Shown here piece after piece: positions 49,689-58,745 of a DNA stretch of 64,000 nucleotides. The notes below the pieces were generated by a model. It saw only the letters and a list, made by a program, of their open reading frames with translations. It did no database searches and was not told the origin of the DNA. The stretch is from Acidimicrobiales bacterium (GTDB taxonomy: Bacteria > Actinomycetota > Acidimicrobiia > Acidimicrobiales > Bog-793): assembly GCA_050744865.1 (NCBI GenBank), contig JBOGHW010000059.1, positions 15,895 through 79,894 on the forward strand, in the 5' to 3' direction. Made by a program: the position numbers and the translations under genes. Position 1 is the stretch's first letter. The number at the start of each line of letters is the position of its first letter.

Positions 49689-51089
49689 TCAGCCGACAGA
49701 GCCGTCCATCTGGAGCTCGATCAGCCTGCTCCACTCTACGGCGTACTCCATCGGCAGGGTTCTCGTCACCGGCTCGATGAAGCCGTTGACGATCATCCCC
49801 ATCGCCTGGTTCTCGGACAGCCCGCGGCTCATCAGGTAGAAGAGCTGGTCGTCACCGACCTTGGACACCGTTGCCTCGTGGCCTATCTGGGCGTCGCGCT
49901 CGGAGACCTCGATATATGGCTTGGTCTCGGACACCGACGCCTCGTCGAGGATGAGGGCGTCGCAGCGCACGAACGACTTCGAGCGCGTGGCGCCCTCGTC
50001 GACATGTACCTTGCCCCTGTAGGTGGCGTTGCCTCCGTCCTTGGAGATCGACTTCGACACGATCGTCGAGGTGGTCTCGGGCGCACAGTGAAACATCTTG
50101 GCCCCTGTGTCCTGCTGCTGGCCCGCCCCGGCATAAGCGACGGACAGCACTTCGCCCGAGGCCTTCGGCCCCATCAGGTACACCGACGGGTACTTCATCG
50201 TGAGCCGGGAACCGATGTTGCCGTCGATCCACTCGACGTGGGCCTCGGCCTCGGCTCGGGCCCGCTTGGTGACGAGGTTGTAGACGTTCGTCGACCAGTT
50301 CTGGATCGTCGTGTAGGTGATGCGGCTACCGGGCAGGGCGACGAGCTCGACGACGGCTGAGTGCAGCGAGTCGGTCGAGTACACAGGTGCCGAGCAACCC
50401 TCGACGTAGTGGACCTGGGAGCCTTCGTCGGCGATGATGAGCGTCCGCTCGAACTGCCCCATGTTCTCGGCGTTGATGCGGAAGTAAGCCTGTAGCGGCA
50501 TCTCGACCTTGACGCCCGGCGGCACGTAGATGAACGACCCGCCCGACCAGACAGCCGAGTTGAGGGCGGCAAACTTGTTGTCAGCCGGCGGGATGATCTT
50601 GCCGAACCACTTGCGCACGATGTCGGGGTACTCCCGCACAGCGGTATCCATGTCGCAGAAGAGCACGCCCTGGTCCTCGAGGTCGGCCCGGTTGCGGTGG
50701 TACACGACCTCAGATTCGTACTGGGCCGTGACGCCGGCGAGGTGCTTGCGCTCTGCCTCGGGGATGCCGAGCTTCTCCCAGGTGTTCTTGACTGCGTCCG
50801 GCAGCTGGTCCCAGTCGTTGACCTGCTTGTCCGTGGGCTTGATGTAGTAGAAGATGTCGTCGAAGTCCAGCTCGGGCATCTTGCTGGCGAACCAGGGCAC
50901 CATGGGCTTGGAATAGAAACGCCTAAGCGACGACAACCGGAATTTCGTCATCCACTCCGGCTCGTGCTTCATCGCCGACATCTCGCGGACTATCTCCTCG
51001 GACAGCCCCTTGCGAGGTTTGAAGACGTAATCTTCTTCATCGCTCCAGCCCAGCTGGTAGCGCCCCAGATCCAGTTCCGTGGTAGCCAT
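49689..51089 (-). CDS. sufB: Fe-S cluster assembly protein SufB
   Basis: 466 aa; YQLGWSDEEDYVFKPRKGLSEEIV, GKVHVDEGATRSKSFVRCDALILDE, typical SufB C-terminus. Confidence 0.95.
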   Translation of the reverse strand: MATTELDLGRYQLGWSDEEDYVFKPRKGLSEEIVREMSAMKHEPEWMTKFRLSSLRRFYSKPMVPWFASKMPELDFDDIFYYIKPTDKQVNDWDQLPDAVKNTWEKLGIPEAERKHLAGVTAQYESEVVYHRNRADLEDQGVLFCDMDTAVREYPDIVRKWFGKIIPPADNKFAALNSAVWSGGSFIYVPPGVKVEMPLQAYFRINAENMGQFERTLIIADEGSQVHYVEGCSAPVYSTDSLHSAVVELVALPGSRITYTTIQNWSTNVYNLVTKRARAEAEAHVEWIDGNIGSRLTMKYPSVYLMGPKASGEVLSVAYAGAGQQQDTGAKMFHCAPETTSTIVSKSISKDGGNATYRGKVHVDEGATRSKSFVRCDALILDEASVSETKPYIEVSERDAQIGHEATVSKVGDDQLFYLMSRGLSENQAMGMIVNGFIEPVTRTLPMEYAVEWSRLIELQMDGSVG

Positions 51090-51194
51090 CAGACTTCAGC
51101 CCTCTCAGTGGCAGCTCGGCGTATTTCCACTACCTAGATAGTAACAACTCCACCGGGTCGCCGGACAGGTGGCGCGCTGTGGAATGCTCCCAAT

Positions 51195-53330
51195 GTGACA
51201 CGCGAGCCTGACGACCAACTCACACCACCTGCCGCCGAGCGCCGGCCCCACCAGATCGAAGCGCACGGTGACACCAGGACCGACGACTGGTACTGGATAC
51301 GAGACCGCGACGACCCGGCCGTGCTCGAGCTGCTGAAGGCGGAGAACGCATACACCGAGCAGCGGACGGCTCATCTCGGGCCGCTGATCGAGCAGATCTA
51401 CGACTCCATGCTCGCAAGGGTGCAGCTGACCGACGTGACCTACCCGACGCCAAAGGGCCCTTGGGCGTACTACACGCGTACGATCGAGGGCAAGGAGCAC
51501 GGAGTGCTCTGCAGGCGGCCTGGAGACGCTCCGCTACCGAGCGCCGACCCCGACGAGCCTGACCCGAACGAGACAGTCATCCTTGACCAGAACGCCATGG
51601 CGGAGGGGCACGACTACTTCGAGATCGAGTCGAGCGCTTTCAGCGCCGACCAGCGCCTGGTCGCCTACGGAGTGGACTACAACGGCGGGCTTCGCCTGAC
51701 CGTCAGGATGCGGGTCGTCGAGACCGGCCAGGACATGCCAGAGGTCATAGAGAACGCTCAGGACGTGGTGTTTGCGGGGAACGACACCCTCTTCTACACG
51801 CGTCCCGACAGCGCCATGCGTACGCACCAAGTCTGGCGGCACCTTCTCGGCACCGACCCGGCTTCGGACGTACTGGTCTGGGAGGAGCCGGACGAGAGCT
51901 ACTTCCTAGGTGCCCACTCCACCAAGGACGGCAAGTTCGTCCTCTTGACGGCACAGAGCCGCGAGACGTCCGAGTGCCGGATGATCCCGGCCGACCAACC
52001 CGACTCCACGCCGCTGGTCGTCGAGCCTCGCCGCCAAGACGTCACCTACCAAGTCGAGCACCATCATGGCGAGCTGTACATCCTGTCCAACTGTGAGGAC
52101 GAGAACTTCGCCGTCTACCGGGCACCCGCCGACAAGCCGGGCAGGGCCAACTGGCGCGTGATGATTGCCCACAGGGACGACATCCGCCTCGAGAGCCTGG
52201 ACGTCCTGGACGGGTACGTGGTCGTCGAGGAGCGTGGCCACGCCACCACCGCGATCCGCTTGCTCCCCGTCTCCCCCGGTGCCCAGCCGGCGGCGCCGGG
52301 GTTGGGAAGCCCTGGGCAGGCCCGCGTGATCGAGGCGCCTCCGGCCGGCACGATCATGGCTGCCGGCAACCTCGACTTCGACACGTCCGAGCTTCGGTTC
52401 GCCACGACGAGCTTGATCATGCCAAGGACCCTCCACGGCTTGGATCTGGTGACGGGCGAGACGACAGAGCTGCACCGGCAGGCGGCTCCGGGATACGACC
52501 CCGCCAAGTACGCCACCGAGCGGCGGTGGGCGAAGTCGCCCGACGGCAGCGCTGTCCCCGTGACGCTGGCTTGGGCAGTGGACCGCCCGGCCGGCCCCGG
52601 GCCCGGCCTCGTGTACGGCTACGGGTCCTACGAAGCCAGCATGGACCCCACCTTCCGCCACGACAGGCCGATACACCCTTATCTCGACAGGGGCTTCGTG
52701 TACGCCGTCGCGCACGTGCGCGGCGGCGGAGAGATGGCGCGCAAGTGGTTCCTCGAGGGGCGGCGGGCGAACAAGCCGAACAGCTTCATGGACTTCGTCG
52801 CCGTTGCCCGATACCTCGTCGCCGAAGGCTTGACAACGGCGGGACAGCTGGCGGCTACGGGGCGCAGCGCCGGTGGCCTCCTCATGGGGGCCTCGGTAAA
52901 CCTCGACCCGTCCGCTTTCGGTTGCGTCGTCGCCGAAGTCCCCTTCGTCGACTGCCTGACCACGATGCTCGACACGAGCCTGCCTCTCACGATCATCGAA
53001 CGCGAGGACTGGGGCGACCCGCTCAACGACCCGGATGCCTACAAGGTCATCAAGGCCTACTCCCCCTACGACAACGTCAAACCTGTCGCCTACCCCCAGA
53101 TGCTCGTCACCGCAGGGCTGAACGACCCGATGGTGAGCTACTTCGAGCCCACCAAGTGGGTCCAGAAGCTGCGCGGCGCGCACCCTGACAATCGCCTACG
53201 GGTATTCCTGCGGGTGGAGCTCGGCGCCGGTCACATGGGGCCGTCCGGCCGGTACCACCATTGGAAGGAACGCGCCTTCGTGATGGCGTTCGTGGCCGAT
53301 GCGGTCGGTGCGGTCAGCCGGCTGACGTGA
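51195..53330 (+). CDS. ptrB: oligopeptidase B / S9A prolyl-oligopeptidase family serine protease
   Basis: 711 aa; HGDTRTDDWYWIRDRDDPAVLELLKAENAYTE, nucleophile elbow GRSAGGLLMG; GTG start. Confidence 0.9.
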   Translation: MTREPDDQLTPPAAERRPHQIEAHGDTRTDDWYWIRDRDDPAVLELLKAENAYTEQRTAHLGPLIEQIYDSMLARVQLTDVTYPTPKGPWAYYTRTIEGKEHGVLCRRPGDAPLPSADPDEPDPNETVILDQNAMAEGHDYFEIESSAFSADQRLVAYGVDYNGGLRLTVRMRVVETGQDMPEVIENAQDVVFAGNDTLFYTRPDSAMRTHQVWRHLLGTDPASDVLVWEEPDESYFLGAHSTKDGKFVLLTAQSRETSECRMIPADQPDSTPLVVEPRRQDVTYQVEHHHGELYILSNCEDENFAVYRAPADKPGRANWRVMIAHRDDIRLESLDVLDGYVVVEERGHATTAIRLLPVSPGAQPAAPGLGSPGQARVIEAPPAGTIMAAGNLDFDTSELRFATTSLIMPRTLHGLDLVTGETTELHRQAAPGYDPAKYATERRWAKSPDGSAVPVTLAWAVDRPAGPGPGLVYGYGSYEASMDPTFRHDRPIHPYLDRGFVYAVAHVRGGGEMARKWFLEGRRANKPNSFMDFVAVARYLVAEGLTTAGQLAATGRSAGGLLMGASVNLDPSAFGCVVAEVPFVDCLTTMLDTSLPLTIIEREDWGDPLNDPDAYKVIKAYSPYDNVKPVAYPQMLVTAGLNDPMVSYFEPTKWVQKLRGAHPDNRLRVFLRVELGAGHMGPSGRYHHWKERAFVMAFVADAVGAVSRLT

Positions 53331-54297
53331 CGAAGGCGATGGTGCTGCCGGGTATGTCGGCCGGCAGCGTGCAGGGAACGCCGTTGACAGTGATCTTCAG
53401 CTCGACGGGCGCCCCGATGTCGACCGCCACAGGTCCCTTCGCCTGGTAGGTCAGCGCTTGCTGAGGCTGGACCTCGTTCTGCCAGAGCAAGGTGCCCGAG
53501 CCGTAGCTGGGCTCGACTCCGAGCCAGCTCGGGAGCGTCCCGGTGTCGGCGAAGACCACCGTGTAAGAACCCTTTGGCACGAGGTATGACACGACACCGT
53601 CAGTGTTCGTCAACGGGCTGAGGACCGCCGGCCGCGTCGTCGTGGTGGCCAGCGAGGTTGACGTGGTCGTGGCGTGCGTCCCGGGTGGCTTGGTCGTGGT
53701 GGTCGGCGAGGTGGTCTTGGGCGACGGCCCACCCGCCAGGAGGATCGAAGCGACGATGATGAACGTCAAGGCGACGGCCGCAACGGCCGCGACGGTGACC
53801 CGGCGGACAGTCGCCTGGCGGCGCAGCTCGTCCTCGCTCACGACCTCGGTCGGGGGCTCGAGATCGGCATGGCGAGGGCGGACGCCACCGGAGCTGACCC
53901 AGCTGGCACTCCTACCCTCGTTCGGCGGCCCCTGATCGGGCACCGGCGCAGAGACCGACGGTCGCGACTCGGGGAAGGACCGCACGGGTCGTCCGGGAGC
54001 CTCGGCTGGTGGCTGCATTCTCGCCCTTGGCGGTTCGGCGGGCGCCGGCTGCCGGCCGGCGGCGCGGCCTTCGGCGTGGGCGCGCGGCGGGCGACCCGGT
54101 AGCGGCCTGACATGACCTCGGCCGGCATCGCCAGGTGGCAGGACGCGGACGCTCCCACCCGGGTCTCTGCTTCGGGGTGGCTCGGCTGGCTGGCCGAAGG
54201 GTTCGAGCGGCTTGCGGTCGGACCGAAGGACGGCGGCCCGCGCCAACACCACCACAACTATCACCACCACGACGATGAGCAATAGCCAGGCCATCAA
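53314..54297 (-). CDS. membrane-anchored Pro/Thr-rich protein with C-terminal DUF4115-like (RodZ C-terminal-like) domain
   Basis: 327 aa; N-terminal LLLIVVVVIVVVVL helix, second helix VAAVAAVALTFIIVASILLAG, Thr-rich linker, beta-rich C-terminus; 17-nt convergent overlap with ptrB. Confidence 0.55.
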   Translation of the reverse strand: MMAWLLLIVVVVIVVVVLARAAVLRSDRKPLEPFGQPAEPPRSRDPGGSVRVLPPGDAGRGHVRPLPGRPPRAHAEGRAAGRQPAPAEPPRARMQPPAEAPGRPVRSFPESRPSVSAPVPDQGPPNEGRSASWVSSGGVRPRHADLEPPTEVVSEDELRRQATVRRVTVAAVAAVALTFIIVASILLAGGPSPKTTSPTTTTKPPGTHATTTSTSLATTTTRPAVLSPLTNTDGVVSYLVPKGSYTVVFADTGTLPSWLGVEPSYGSGTLLWQNEVQPQQALTYQAKGPVAVDIGAPVELKITVNGVPCTLPADIPGSTIAFVTSAG

Positions 54298-54349
54298 CGC
54301 CTGCCGGACGGATCCACGGGTGCAAATGCTGCGCTCGGCATCTGCCTAT

Positions 54350-55324
54350 TCAAGCCTGGCGCGTGTGCAGGAGCACACCGGACGGCTCCGGCTGCACCTC
54401 GACGACGAGATTCTCTGTCGCCATGATCACCGGCAACTGGTCCCCGGCAAGCTCGGCTGCCTGCAAGCCGAAGCTGTCGAGTTGGTCGTCGTCATGGGTG
54501 GGGTCGTGATGGAAGAGTGCGAGGCACCGGGCGCCCGATTGCCGGGCGACCTCCACAGCGTAAGCGACCGTGCTGTGCCCCCAGGTCGACTTGGCGGCGA
54601 ACTCCGCGTCGGTGTACTGGCCGTCGTGGATCAACAGGTCCGCCCCACTGCACAGATCCAGGGCGGCCTTGGACACGCACTTGAGGACCCTCCCGTCCTC
54701 GCAAGGGGCCTGATGATCGCTCAGGTAGGCGATTGCAACGCCTCCTACCTCCACTCTGTAGCCGAGCGTGCGGCCGACGTGTGGCACCTCGCGAGCCGTC
54801 ACCAGGCTCGGCCCAACCTTCACCTGGGCACCGTCGGCGAGCTCGAAGAAGCCCACCTCCCCCGGCAACTCGTCCACCTCCACCGGAAAGTATGGTGGCC
54901 TCAGGAACCTGCCGAAGGCGGCGGCGAGCGAGTCGTCCTGTTGCGGGCCGTAGACGTCGAGACGGACGTCCGGCCGCAGCGCCGGGGTGAAGAACGGCAA
55001 GCCCTGCACGTGGTCGAAATGCAGGTGGGTGACGAATGCCGAGAGGTGCAGCTTGGCACGCCCGTGTATGGCGTGCCCTGCAGGCATCTCGTGCTCGTCG
55101 CGCGGTGCCACGCCGGGCGGTTGCGAAGCGCCGGGGAAGTAGCGCTCCAGCAAGGAGGCGCCGAGACGCCTGCTGCCTGTGCCGAGATCGAGGAGCACCG
55201 GCACCGAGCCGTCGGCCGGGTCGATCACGACGCATGCAGTCGAGCCGCCGTAGCGCGCCAGGGCGGGGTCGGAGCACGGGCAAGACCCCCTCACTCCATA
55301 AAAGCCCACGCTAGGCACCGCCAC
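54350..55324 (-). CDS. MBL-fold metallo-hydrolase
   Basis: FVTHLHFDHVQGLP (HxHxDH), later HDGQYT and FHHDPTHDD metal-ligand-like motifs. Confidence 0.85.
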   Translation of the reverse strand: MAVPSVGFYGVRGSCPCSDPALARYGGSTACVVIDPADGSVPVLLDLGTGSRRLGASLLERYFPGASQPPGVAPRDEHEMPAGHAIHGRAKLHLSAFVTHLHFDHVQGLPFFTPALRPDVRLDVYGPQQDDSLAAAFGRFLRPPYFPVEVDELPGEVGFFELADGAQVKVGPSLVTAREVPHVGRTLGYRVEVGGVAIAYLSDHQAPCEDGRVLKCVSKAALDLCSGADLLIHDGQYTDAEFAAKSTWGHSTVAYAVEVARQSGARCLALFHHDPTHDDDQLDSFGLQAAELAGDQLPVIMATENLVVEVQPEPSGVLLHTRQA

Positions 55325-55473
55325 CCCCGTTGTTCGACTTAGGACCCTGCTACGTCAGGGCCTTGACGATACAGGCTCGCCGCGACGGGCAACGCTGAGT
55401 CTCTCGACAGCTCAAGTCAGACGTGAGAAAATGACAGTACAACTTGTCGTGTTGGCGGAGGCGGGAGGCCGAA

Positions 55474-56631
55474 ATGTCCAAGTTCTCAACATCGCGGCCG
55501 GTCAAGCAGGCGGGCTTGCCGGTCGTCGCAACTGCGCTCATAGCGCTGCTACTGGCCCTGCTGGCGGCTGTTCAGGTCGGCACTTCCACAGCTGCATCAG
55601 CCGCTGCTCGCCCTGGTCTTGAAGTGCGCCAGGGTGAGGCCGCCCGGTCTGGGCTACCGGATCTGGCCGGCATATCGACCACCGCGGCGATCGCCAGCCT
55701 CGACCTCGACGGAGCGACCGTCAAGACGTCCAACGGCGTGTCCTGGAGCCTGACCGTCGACGCCAGCAGCACTGGCGCCGTAGAACTTGTGCTGGAGCGC
55801 CTCGACACCAAGGGCGGCACCGGCGACGAGATCTACTCCTGGGACCTCGGGACAGCTACTGTCGGCGACCTCAAGTTCTCGACCAGCACAGGCGTCGGCA
55901 CAGTCAACACCGGCACCAAGGCAGTCCCACTGGCGACTGTTGACGTCACCTTCAAGGCGACTGCCCACAAAGCCGACGTGTGCAGCTCCGGCAGCGAGAC
56001 GAGCTACACCGGGACCCTGAGCGGCGAGGCCGAACTCGTCACCGGCCTGACCGGCGGCGGCACGGTAGGCGGCAAGTCCCTCAAGTTCACGGTCAGCAAC
56101 GCAGGATCCAAGCCCACGGTGACCGTCGACAAGGACTGCTCGCTTGCCCTCGACTGCCCGGCCACGACGGACGTGACGTTCTCTGCGGTGCCGTCTGGGA
56201 CGTCGCCCTTGTTTCTCGAAGGCGCCTCCGGACCGCTCAACGGTAAGGTCTACGACTTGGTGACCATCTCGAGCAGCGCCAAGCTCGCCAAGCCGGCCGG
56301 GGCGACCCGGCTCGCCCTGGCTTACCTCGAGGCCGCCCCGGCCAAGTGGGACAAGTCGACGTCCACGCTCAGCGTCGCGGCCTCCACCTCTGGTCTGATC
56401 ACGGGATCGGCGACGCTCTCGGGATCCCAGGAGTTCAGCTTCTCTCTGCCGTGCACGACAGGCGGAAAGAAGTCCAGTGTCACCGAGACCGCCTACGCCG
56501 CCAACCTTTCCAGCCCGGCCGGCCACGCCCTCGCTGCCCACTTCGACCTGCTTGGCAAGGTCGCCTTTCCCACCACCTTGAAGAACACAGCCTCCTCCCC
56601 CGTCTCGATAGTCACCCTCGCCCCCAAGTGA
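55474..56631 (+). CDS. secreted Ser/Thr/Gly-rich beta-type hypothetical protein
   Basis: ATG 55474 (GGGAGG upstream); signal-like LPVVATALIALLLALLAAVQVGTSTAASA; 4 Cys; no family recognised. Confidence 0.65.
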   Translation: MSKFSTSRPVKQAGLPVVATALIALLLALLAAVQVGTSTAASAAARPGLEVRQGEAARSGLPDLAGISTTAAIASLDLDGATVKTSNGVSWSLTVDASSTGAVELVLERLDTKGGTGDEIYSWDLGTATVGDLKFSTSTGVGTVNTGTKAVPLATVDVTFKATAHKADVCSSGSETSYTGTLSGEAELVTGLTGGGTVGGKSLKFTVSNAGSKPTVTVDKDCSLALDCPATTDVTFSAVPSGTSPLFLEGASGPLNGKVYDLVTISSSAKLAKPAGATRLALAYLEAAPAKWDKSTSTLSVAASTSGLITGSATLSGSQEFSFSLPCTTGGKKSSVTETAYAANLSSPAGHALAAHFDLLGKVAFPTTLKNTASSPVSIVTLAPK

Positions 56632-57521
56632 CCGACAGGGCGTTGCGGCGCTGCCAGGTCGAGGCAAACGGGATCTCCTTCTCCTACCTGGAAGCCGGTC
56701 CCGCCGCCGGTGAGCTGGCGCTGTGCGCCCATGGGTTCCCTGACTCGGCTTGGACGTGGCGGTACCTGTTGCCTGCCTTGGCTGACGCCGGGTTCCATGC
56801 CGTAGCACCGTTCATGCGCGGCTACGGCCCGTCGTCGCTGGCGCCCGACAACCGCTACCCGCTCGGAGCACTCGTCGCCGACCTCGTCTCCCTCCACGAG
56901 GTCCTCGGGGGTGATGGCGACTCGGTCCTGATCGGCCACGACTGGGGAGCCGTCGCGGCTTACGGGGCGGCATCGTTCGCACCCGAGCGCTTCCGGCGGG
57001 TCGTGACCGGAGCCGTCCCGCCACCGCTGGTGTTCATGCAGGCAATGTTCACGTACCGGCAGTTGAAACGCAGCTGGTACATCTTCTTCTTCCAGACGCC
57101 GCTGGCAGATGGAGCTGTCGCGGCCGACCATCTAGCTCTTGTGGACGGGCTCTGGGCGGACTGGTCGCCCGGCTACGACTGCGCTGAGGACCTTGCCCAC
57201 GTCAAGGAGTCGCTCGCCGACCCGGCCCGAGTCGCAGCTGCACTGTCCTACTACCGGTCTATGTTCGACCCGTCTCAGGAGATCCCCGGCCTGGAGGCCC
57301 AGCAGGCGTCACCGATGACGCCGGCGCCGCAACCGACGCTGTACTACCACGGGACCGCCGACGGGTGCCTCGGAGCTGAGGCCATCACGCCGGAGATCCT
57401 GGGTTACCTCGGACCAGGTTCCGAGCTCTTGATGGTCGAGGGCGCCGGCCACTTCGCCCACCTCGAGCGACCCGACGTGGTCAACCCGCGGATAGTCGAC
57501 TGGGTGACGGCCGGCCGCTGA
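56628..57521 (+). CDS. alpha/beta hydrolase, epoxide-hydrolase/haloalkane-dehalogenase-like
   Basis: CAHGFPDS (HGxP oxyanion motif), LIGHDWGA (Asp nucleophile elbow); GTG 56628 overlaps upstream stop (GTGA); earlier part of ORF 56346..57521 rejected. Confidence 0.85.
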   Translation: MTDRALRRCQVEANGISFSYLEAGPAAGELALCAHGFPDSAWTWRYLLPALADAGFHAVAPFMRGYGPSSLAPDNRYPLGALVADLVSLHEVLGGDGDSVLIGHDWGAVAAYGAASFAPERFRRVVTGAVPPPLVFMQAMFTYRQLKRSWYIFFFQTPLADGAVAADHLALVDGLWADWSPGYDCAEDLAHVKESLADPARVAAALSYYRSMFDPSQEIPGLEAQQASPMTPAPQPTLYYHGTADGCLGAEAITPEILGYLGPGSELLMVEGAGHFAHLERPDVVNPRIVDWVTAGR

Positions 57522-57663
57522 GGTCGTCCCGCTTGCCTCCAGGTCACCGCGGCGCCTAGAACGGCGCCCAGAACCAAGGTCGGCCGTTCCACGCGCCTAG
57601 TTGGCCGCCACAGAAACGTACGTCCGGCGGCCCACCTCGCCCGCGCCGGCGACCGGCCGCCCT

Positions 57664-58176
57664 CTACCCAGGCCAGGCATCCTCGTAGGGACGGCGCCGC
57701 GCCGGTAGAGATGCCCGCTTCCAGACAAGGAGCTTGCGGCGGAAGTAGCAGACCTCTTCGCCGCGCTGGTTGAAGGCCTTCGTCTCGACGGTCACGACGC
57801 CCCGGTCCGGCTTGGACTTCGACTCGACGACGTCGAGCACTCTCGTCTCGGCATAGATCGTGTCGCCGTGAAACGTCGGGCTCTTGTGTTGCAGCGTCTC
57901 GACTTCGAGGTTGGCGATGCACGAGCCGGACACGTCGGGAACGCTCATACCCAGCACGAGGGAGTACACCAGGTTGCCGACCACGACGTTGCGCCCGTGC
58001 GGGGCGTCGTTCTCGGCGTACCACTCGTCCAAGTGCAGCGGGTGGTGGTTCATGGTCACAAGGCAGAAGAGGTGGTCGTCGGACTCGGTGACCGTCTTGC
58101 CCGGCCAGTGCCGGAACACGTCGCCTGGGACGAAGTCCTCAAGAGCCCGGCCGAAGGGGCGCTCGTGGACCGTCAC
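57664..58176 (-). CDS. MaoC-like (R)-specific enoyl-CoA hydratase/dehydratase
   Basis: 170 aa hot-dog fold pattern: FVPGDVFRHWPGKTVTESDDHLFCLVTMNHHPLHLD...GNLVYSL; GTG overlaps upstream stop (GTGA). Confidence 0.9.
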   Translation of the reverse strand: MTVHERPFGRALEDFVPGDVFRHWPGKTVTESDDHLFCLVTMNHHPLHLDEWYAENDAPHGRNVVVGNLVYSLVLGMSVPDVSGSCIANLEVETLQHKSPTFHGDTIYAETRVLDVVESKSKPDRGVVTVETKAFNQRGEEVCYFRRKLLVWKRASLPARRRPYEDAWPG

Positions 58177-58595
58177 GAGACGCGCTCGCGCGTGGAGAAG
58201 GAGAGCACCCAGTCGGGGCGCGTCTCACCGTCGATCGTCAGCCTCCAAGTGAAACGCCGCCCCGCCTCCAACGGCAGCGGCGCAAAGTTCACGGCCGCCG
58301 AGAAGTCGATCGGGCTGCCCTCGGGGATGTTGGTGGGACGCTCCACATTGATGTCAGCCTGGACCTCCATCGGGTGACGCCCGTTCGGCGTCTCGATGAT
58401 CACCGGTTGGCCGTCCTCGTCGACGAGATACAGCTCCCAGTGGTGGGACCCGGCCTCGGTCCAGTCGACGTCGAACTTGAGGGCGATGGCCGACGGCATG
58501 GCATCAGGACCGCACACGCTCCAGCCGCCGCCGAGTATGTAGAGCTTCCCGTCCGCACACTGGGCGGAGTCGCACAACATCATGGTCACTCGCAT
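58173..58595 (-). CDS. hypothetical protein
   Basis: C-terminal 140 aa of ORF 58173..59069 from ATG 58595: MRVTMMLCDSAQCADGKLYILGGGWSV...; upstream part is antisense to the ACAD gene and rejected. Confidence 0.6.
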   Translation of the reverse strand: MRVTMMLCDSAQCADGKLYILGGGWSVCGPDAMPSAIALKFDVDWTEAGSHHWELYLVDEDGQPVIIETPNGRHPMEVQADINVERPTNIPEGSPIDFSAAVNFAPLPLEAGRRFTWRLTIDGETRPDWVLSFSTRERVS

Positions 58596-58745
58596 CGCCG
58601 CCACCGTAGCCGGGCGAGCCGCGTCGCTTCGACGGCTGCCTCGGCCGCCCCGCAGGGCCACAGCCCGCAACGGGCAGGTCGCGCGGTATGGCGACCCCTG
58701 CCGGCGCCGAGCGGGTAGCCCCCGGCGCCCAACTACCCTCAGGGC

